The notes under the pieces: model-generated
The model's database searches: none
Seen by the model: the letters and a program-made list of their open reading frames with translations, nothing else
What the model was told of the DNA's origin: nothing
Translations under genes and position numbers: made by a program
Shown here: positions 57,097 through 64,000 of the stretch, piece by piece
Position numbering within the stretch: the stretch's first letter is position 1
Layout: each line of letters starts with the position of its first letter
Assembly (NCBI RefSeq): GCF_006345805.1
Contig: NC_042997.1
Location: 122,698,001 to 122,762,000, forward strand
From: Octopus sinensis
Lineage: Eukaryota
Direction of reading: 5' to 3'
DNA: 64,000 nt

Positions 57097-60000
57097 AAAG
57101 GGCTTAGTAAAATAAATTACTTTGCCGCATACTGAACTCGTTAGAAATAGCAGCTAAAAAAACTATTTCTAACACTTAAAGAAAACCTCTCTCATATAGT
57201 GTTTGCTCAATTCAACTCAAGAAAGTATGAGGGTAGAGACATTAAAAAATCAAATGCAAAGGTTATTTGAGTACGTACGTTTCAAGATTAGCCAAAATCG
57301 ACCCTTCTCTCATCAGCTCAGAATGCCCTGTTTGAATTTGAAAACACTGAAAATGGGAGCATACCCTTTCGGCTTGTTATCGCTTCTGAAGATCTGTTCC
57401 AAACTAACAGTGCCAACAACTCAAATTGCAAGAGAAAAATTTCTGCTCTCCCCTTCCACCAGCCTGGGTTAAAATCAGCAAACACTATGCTTTTTTCGGT
57501 AAAATCCGAGACAATTAAGTAGAGAGAGATGAATTATAATTTCAACAATTGAGGGTAAAATTAATTAATTATTAATCAATTTCACCAAGTATTCAGTATG
57601 CAAAGGGACCATTTAAGGCAAATTCAAATTATTACATTATATAAAAGGGCTTAGTAAAATAAATTACTTTTGCCGCTACTGAACTCGTTAGAAATAGCAG
57701 CTAAAAAACTATTTCTAACACTTAAGGAAAACCTCTCTCATATAGTGTTTGCTCATTCAACTCAAGAAAGTATGAGGGTAGAGACATTAAAAAATCAAAT
57801 GCAAAGGTTATTTGAGTACGTACGTTTCAAGATTAGCCAAAATCGACCCTTCTCTCATCAGCTCAGAATGCCCTTGTTTGAATTTGAAAACACTGAAAAT
57901 GGGAGCATAGCCTTTCGGCTTGTTATCGCTTCTGAAGATCTGTTCCAAACTAACAGTGCCAACAAACTCAAATATGCAAGAGAAAAATTTCTGCTCTCCC
58001 CTTTCCACCAGCGTGGGTTAAAATCAGCAAACACTATGCTTTTTTCGGTAAAATCCGAGACAATTAAGTAGGGAGAGATGAATTATAATTTCAACAATTG
58101 AGGTAAAATTAATTAATTAATTAATCAATTTCACCAAGTATTCAGTATGCAAAGGACCATTTAAGGCAAATTCAAATTATTACATTATATAAAAGGGCTT
58201 AGTAAAATAAATTACTTGCCGCATACTGAACTCGTTAGAAATAGCAGCTAAAAAAACTATTTCTAACACTTAAAGAAAACCTCTCTCATATAGTGTTTGC
58301 TCAATTCAACTCAAGAAAGTATGAGGGTAGAGACATTAAAAAATCAAATGCAAAGGTTATTTGAGTACGTACGTTTCAAGATTAGCCAAAATCGACCCTT
58401 CTCTCATCAGCTCAGAATGCCCTTGTTTGAATTTGAAAACACTGAAAATGGGAGCATACCCTTTCGGCTTGTTATCGCTTCTGAAGATCTGTTCCAAACT
58501 AACAGTGCCAACAAACTCAAATATGCAAGAGAAAAATTTCTGCTCTCCCCTTTCCACCAGCGTGGGTTAAAATCAGCAAACACTATGCTTTTTTCGGTAA
58601 AATCCGAGACAATTAAGTAGAGAGAGATGAATTATAATTTCAACAATTGAGGGTAAAATTAATTAATTAATTAATCAATTTCACCAAGTATTCAGTATGC
58701 AAAGGGACCATTTAAGGCAAATTCAAATTATTACATTATATAAAAGGACTTAGTAAAATAAATTACTTTGCCGCATACTGAACTCGTTAGAAATAACAGC
58801 TAAAAAAACTATTTCTAACATATTTTTGGCTAATCTTGAAACGTACGTACTCAAATAACCTTTGCATTTGATTTTTTAATGTCTCTACCCTCATACTTTC
58901 TTGAGTTGAATTGAGCAAACACTATATGAGAGAGGTTTTCTTTAAGTGTTAGAAATAGTTTTTTTAGCTGCTATTTCTAACGAGTTCAGTATGCGGCAAA
59001 GTAATTTATTTTACTAAGCCCTTTTATATATGTAATAATTTGAATTTGCCTTAAATGGTCCCTTGCATACTGAATACTTGGTGAAATTGATTAATTAATT
59101 AATTAATTTTACCCTCAATTGTTGAAATTATAATTCATCTCCTCTACTTAATTGTCTCGGATTTTACCGAAAAAAGCATAGTGTGTTTGCTGATTTTAAC
59201 CCACGCTGGTGGAAAGGGGAGAGCAGAAATTTTTCTCTTGCATATTTGAGTTTGTTGGCACTGTTAGTTTGGAACAGATCTTCAGAAGCGATAACAAGCC
59301 GAAAGGGTATGCTCCCATTTTCAGTGTTTTCAAATTCAAACAAGGGCATTCTGAGCTGATGAGAGAAGGGTCGATTTTGGCTAATCTTGAAACGTACGTA
59401 CTCAAATAACCTTTGCATTTGATTTTTTAATGTCTCTACCCTCATACTTTCTTGATTGAATTGAGCAAACACTATATGAGAGAGGTTTTCTTTAAGTGTT
59501 AGAAATAGTTTTTTTAGCTGCTATTTCTAACGAGTTCAGTATGCGGCAAGTAATTTATTTTACTAAGCCCTTTTATATAATGTAATAATTTGAATTTGCC
59601 TTAAATGGTCCCTTTGCATACTGAATACTTGGTGAATTGATTAATTAATAATTAATTTTACCCCCTCAATGTGAAATTATAATTCATCTCTCTCTACTTA
59701 ATTGTCTCGGATTTTACCGAAAAAAGCATAGTGTTTGCTGATTTTAACCCAGGCTGGTGGAAAGGGGAGAGCAGAAATTTTTCTCTTGCATATTTGAGTT
59801 TGTTGGCACTGTTTAGTTGGAACAGATCTTCAGAAGCGATAACAAGCCGAAGGGTATGCTCCCATTTTCAGTGTTTTCAAATTCAAACAAGGGCATTCTG
59901 AGCTGATGAGAGAAGGGTCGATTTTGGCTAATCTTGAAACGTACGTACTCAAATAACCTTGCATTTGATTTTTTAATGTCTCTACCCTCATACTTTCTTG

Positions 60001-61875
60001 AGTTGAATTGAGCAAACACTATATGAGAGAGGTTTTCTTTAAGTGTTAGAAATAGTTTTTTTAGCTGCTATTTCTAACGAGTTCAGTATGCGGCAAAGAA
60101 ATTTATTTTACTAAGCCCTTTTATATAATGTAATAATTTGAATTTGCCTTAAATGGTCCCTTTGCATACTGAATACTTGGTGAAATTGATTAATTAATTA
60201 ATTAATTTTACCCTCAATTGTTCAAATTATAATTCATCTCTCTCTACTTAATTTGCTCGGATTTTACCGAAAAAAGCATAGTGTTTGCTGATTTTAACCC
60301 ACGCTGGTGGAAAGGGGAGAGCAGAAATTTTTCTCTTGCATATTTGAGTTTGTTGGCACTGTTAGTTTGGAACAGATCTTCAGAAGCGATAACAAGCCGA
60401 AAGGGTATGCTCCCAATTTTCATGTTTTCAAATTCAAACAAGGGCATTCTGAGCTGATGAGAGAAGGGTCGATTTTGGCTAATCTTGAAACGTACGTACT
60501 CAAATAACCTTTGCATTTGATTTTTTAATGTCTCTACCCTCATACTTTCTTGAGTTGAATTGAGCAAACACTATATGAGAGAGGTTTTCTTTAAGTGTTA
60601 GAAATAGTTTTTTTAGCTGCTATTTCTAACGAGTTCAGTATGCGGCAAAGTAATTTATTTTACTAAGCCCTTTTATATAATGTAATAATTTGAATTTGCC
60701 TTAATGGTCCCTTGCATACTGAATACTTGGTGAAATTGATTAATTAATTAATTAATTTTACCCTCAATTGTTGAAATTATAATTCATCTCTCTCTACTTA
60801 ATTGTCTCGGATTTTACCGAAAAAAGCATAGTGTTTGCTGATTTTAACCCACGCTGGTGGAAAGGGGAGAGCAGAATTTTTCTCTTGCATATTTGAGTTT
60901 GTTGGCACTGTTAGTTTGGAACAGATCTTCAGAAGCGATAACAAGCCGAAGGGTATGCTCCCATTTTCAGTGTTTTCAAATTCAAACAAGGGCATTCTGA
61001 GCTGATGAGAGAAGGGTCGATTTTGGCTAATCTTGAAACGTACGTACTCAAAAACCTTTGCATTTGATTTTTTAATGTCTCTACCCTCATACTTTCTTGA
61101 GTTTAATTGAGCAAACACTATATGAGAGAGGTTTTCTTTAAGTGTTAGAAATAGTTTTTTTTAGCTGCTATTTCTAACGAGTTCAGTATGCGGCAAAGTA
61201 ATTTTTTTTACTAAGCCCTTTTATATAATGTAATATTTGAATTTGCCTTAAATGGTCCCTTTGCATACTGAATACTTGGTGAAATTGATTAATAATTATT
61301 AATTTACCCTCAATTGTTGAAATTATATAATTCATCTCTCTACTTAATTGTCTCGGATTTTACCGAAAAAAGCATAGTGTTTGCTGATTTTAACCCACGC
61401 TGGTGGAAAGGGGAGAGCAGAATTTTTCTCTTGCATATTTGAGTTTGTTGGCACTGTTAGTTTGGAACAGATCTTCAGAAGCGATAACAAGCCGAAAGGG
61501 TATGCTCCCATTTTCAGTGTTTTCAAATTCAAACAAGGCCATTCTGAGCTGATGAGAGAAGGGTCGATTTTGGCTAATCTTGAAACGTACGTACTCAAAT
61601 AACCTTTGCATTTGATTTTTTAATGTCTCTACCTCATACTTTCTGAGTTGAATTGAGCAAACACTATATGAGAGAGGTTTTCTTTAAGTGTTAGAAATAG
61701 TTTTTTTAGCTGCTATTTCTAACGAGTTCAGTATGCGGCAAAGTAATTTATTTTACTAAGCCCTTTTATATAATGTAATAATTTGAATTTGCCTTAAATG
61801 GTCCCTTTGCATACTGAATACTTGGTGAAATTGATTAATTAATTAATTAATTTTACCCTCAATTGTTGAAATTAT
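57092..61875. repeat. ~548-bp satellite array with an internal strand switch at ~58820
   Basis: Forward unit starts (aaaagggc) at 57096, 57643, 58191, 58742; reverse unit ends (gccctttt) at 59025, 59574, 60122, 60674, 61222, 61767; flanked by (TA)n on both sides. Confidence 0.96.
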
Positions 61876-62466
61876 ATATATATATATATATTCTTTCAGC
61901 TCAGAGCTAAAGTAAAATGTAAAGTAAAATGTAAAGGTTCGTATAAGCTTCGTTGTGTTAAGTACTGGTTGTCACAAAAGTTTTAAAGTACATATATACA
62001 TTCTTAGATAATGATAAGAACATGTTAAAAACAGATATTTCCTTGTAAACTGTTTTTAACATTTCCTTATTATTATCAAATGCGGTCATAATTATATCTA
62101 TATTAGTGTTTTATATAGTAACATAAGCCTTTCTAAACTGGTACACAGTTTCTATTCTGTGTCCTAAAAATTTATGTTAGCTCTATAAACAACACCAAGT
62201 CCGCAACGGTTTTCCGGGATTGCAAACGCATACGCTTCAAGGTGTGTGTTAGTAATCCGATTGTTGGTCCATGATATACAGCATTGGTTATCAATATTAC
62301 ATGGTCTTCTGCTGTTATACGTTCAACCTTTCATCTGATGGTACGCTACTGTTGCGTCATGCGATATCTTTGGGAATGTATTCAAGGTTATCAGACAAGG
62401 AATATTGTCCCAGGAGCTACTTTCCAACTTTCATGATGTTATCTACCTAGTGTGTGCAGGCTTCTC

Positions 62467-62497
<31 letters not shown>

Positions 62498-62689
62498 TGT
62501 ATGTATGTATGTATGTATGTATGTATGTATGTATGAATGTATTTATGCATGTTGCATGTATGTATCAGTATGTATGGTGTGCATATATATATATCCCCAC
62601 GCATGCACAAGCATACACAAACACACGCACATACACATATATGCATATATATTTATGTATTTATCTATATATGTATGTATGCATGAATG

Positions 62690-62725
<36 letters not shown>

Positions 62726-63000
62726 CGTGTGAGTGTGTGCGTGTGTGTGTACCTGGTGTTCGCTGAATTTTATCTGGAGAACATTCTTTCTTTGTAGTTA
62801 GATCGTATGTGATCTTCTAACGTATTGGTTATCCACCTAGTGGTTTATCCCTAAATATACACATGTATTGAAACTTTTTCTGATTTTTCAGATTTGTTAT
62901 ATATGCTAGGTTATTGGTTTTAAATTGATATTAATTAAATTAATATTCAATTTATCTCCCTCATTATTTAAATATAAGCTTAAGTAATACTTTATATCTA

Positions 63001-63187
63001 GGGTTCAGCAAAGATTTGCTTCACCACATACCGAATGTTAGAAATAGCAGTCAAAAAATCTTAGCTATTCCTTCTACTTTAAAGGGGCTCTGCTGGGAGC
63101 CTCTTTTAAAGTAGAAGGAATAGCTAAGATTTTTTGACTGCTATTTCTAAAATTCGGTATGTGGTGAAGCACATCTTTGCTGAACCC
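63001..63187. mobile_element. 187-bp palindromic MITE flanked by TA
   Basis: TA-GGGTTCAGCAAAGAT...ATCTTTGCTGAACCC-TA; ~80-bp arms with few mismatches. Confidence 0.88.
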
Positions 63188-63368
63188 TAATTATAATATA
63201 TATATATATATATATAACAAAAGGGACATTAGCCATTTGAATGTGGCTAGGGACAGGGCAGGGCGGTGGGGGTGTTACTGTTGCATTTAGCCCCAGGCGA
63301 ACATCACGTCACCAGCAAGGCTTGACACCATCACGGCGTCCTCTATCCTGCAAAGGGAGATCATCCAC

Positions 63369-63447
63369 CGAAGAAGCGGAAGCCACATACGGACCCAGGT
63401 TTCGAGGTGTTTGCCTCTCGTCAACGTATGGTAGGCACCGCCCTTCG
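63369..63447 (-). ncRNA. Type I hammerhead ribozyme, copy 1
   Basis: CGAAG G GCGG U GCC UAC CAUACG UUGACGA GAGG CAAACA CCUC GAAA CCUGGGUC CGUAUG U GGC UU CCGC UU CUUCG; predicted cleavage between 63392 and 63391. Confidence 0.85.
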
Positions 63448-63726
63448 ACGAACGACTCTCTGTGCAGGATATTTATATATAGATTTTCACGTAAATACAT
63501 TTACTGATTTCGAAAATCTGTTCTACAGCAATAATAATTCTCTAAACGAGACATAGACAGTAACTGCTCCATAACAAAAGGGACATTAGCCATTTGAATG
63601 TGGCTAGGGACAGGGCAGGGCGGTGGGGGTGTTACTGTTGCATTTAGGCCCAGGCGAACATCAACGTCACCAGAAAGGCTTGACACCATCACGGCGTCCT
63701 CTATATTGCAAAGGGAGATCATCCAC

Positions 63727-63805
63727 CGAAGAAGCGGAAGCCACATACGGACCCAGGTTTCGAGGTGTTTGCCTCTCGTCAACGTATGGTAGGCACCGCC
63801 CTTCG
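63727..63805 (-). ncRNA. Type I hammerhead ribozyme, copy 2
   Basis: Identical to copy 1; predicted cleavage between 63750 and 63749. Confidence 0.85.
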
Positions 63806-64000
63806 ACGAACGACTCTCTGTGCAGAATATTTATATATAGATTTTCACGTAAATACATTTACTGATTTCGAAAATCTGTTCTACAGCAACAATAATTCTC
63901 TAAACGAGATATAGACAGTAACTGCTCCATAACAAAAGGGACATTAGCCATTTGAATGTGGCTAGGGACAGGGCAGGGCGGTGGGGGTGTTACTGTTGCA

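Larger units (their letters stand above)
63215..64000 (-). repeat. 357/358-bp tandem repeat containing a hammerhead ribozyme (non-LTR retrozyme-like); runs off the window end
   Basis: Unit starts (taacaaaagggac) at 63215, 63572 and 63930; abuts (TA)n on the left. Confidence 0.93.

Overview
AT-rich, microsatellite-saturated eukaryotic non-coding DNA. The SINE families look like those I recall from octopus/cephalopod genomes; this is inference, not a database match. No host protein-coding exon can be supported, and most short ORFs in the track are translated microsatellites. The window holds decayed non-LTR retrotransposons (RTE, CR1, R4/Dong-like, HERO-like), a Helitron remnant, four tRNA-derived SINE families and several MITE/hairpin elements. 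It also holds a near-complete Neptune-type Penelope-like element (PLE; RT + GIY-YIG) flanked by ~1.85-kb inverted arms, and a 548-bp satellite with a fold-back inversion. The main result is a set of type I hammerhead ribozyme (HHR) motifs with non-canonical position-3 cores. One lies in each complete unit of a 357/358-bp tandem repeat at the window end (retrozyme-like, UUGACGA core, long extended stem I). Four more, with a compensatory U3-A8 core (UUGANAA), lie in the terminal repeats of two different PLEs. Coordinates were read by eye; element boundaries are approximate unless termini are quoted. Frequent homopolymer indels suggest imperfectly polished long-read sequence.
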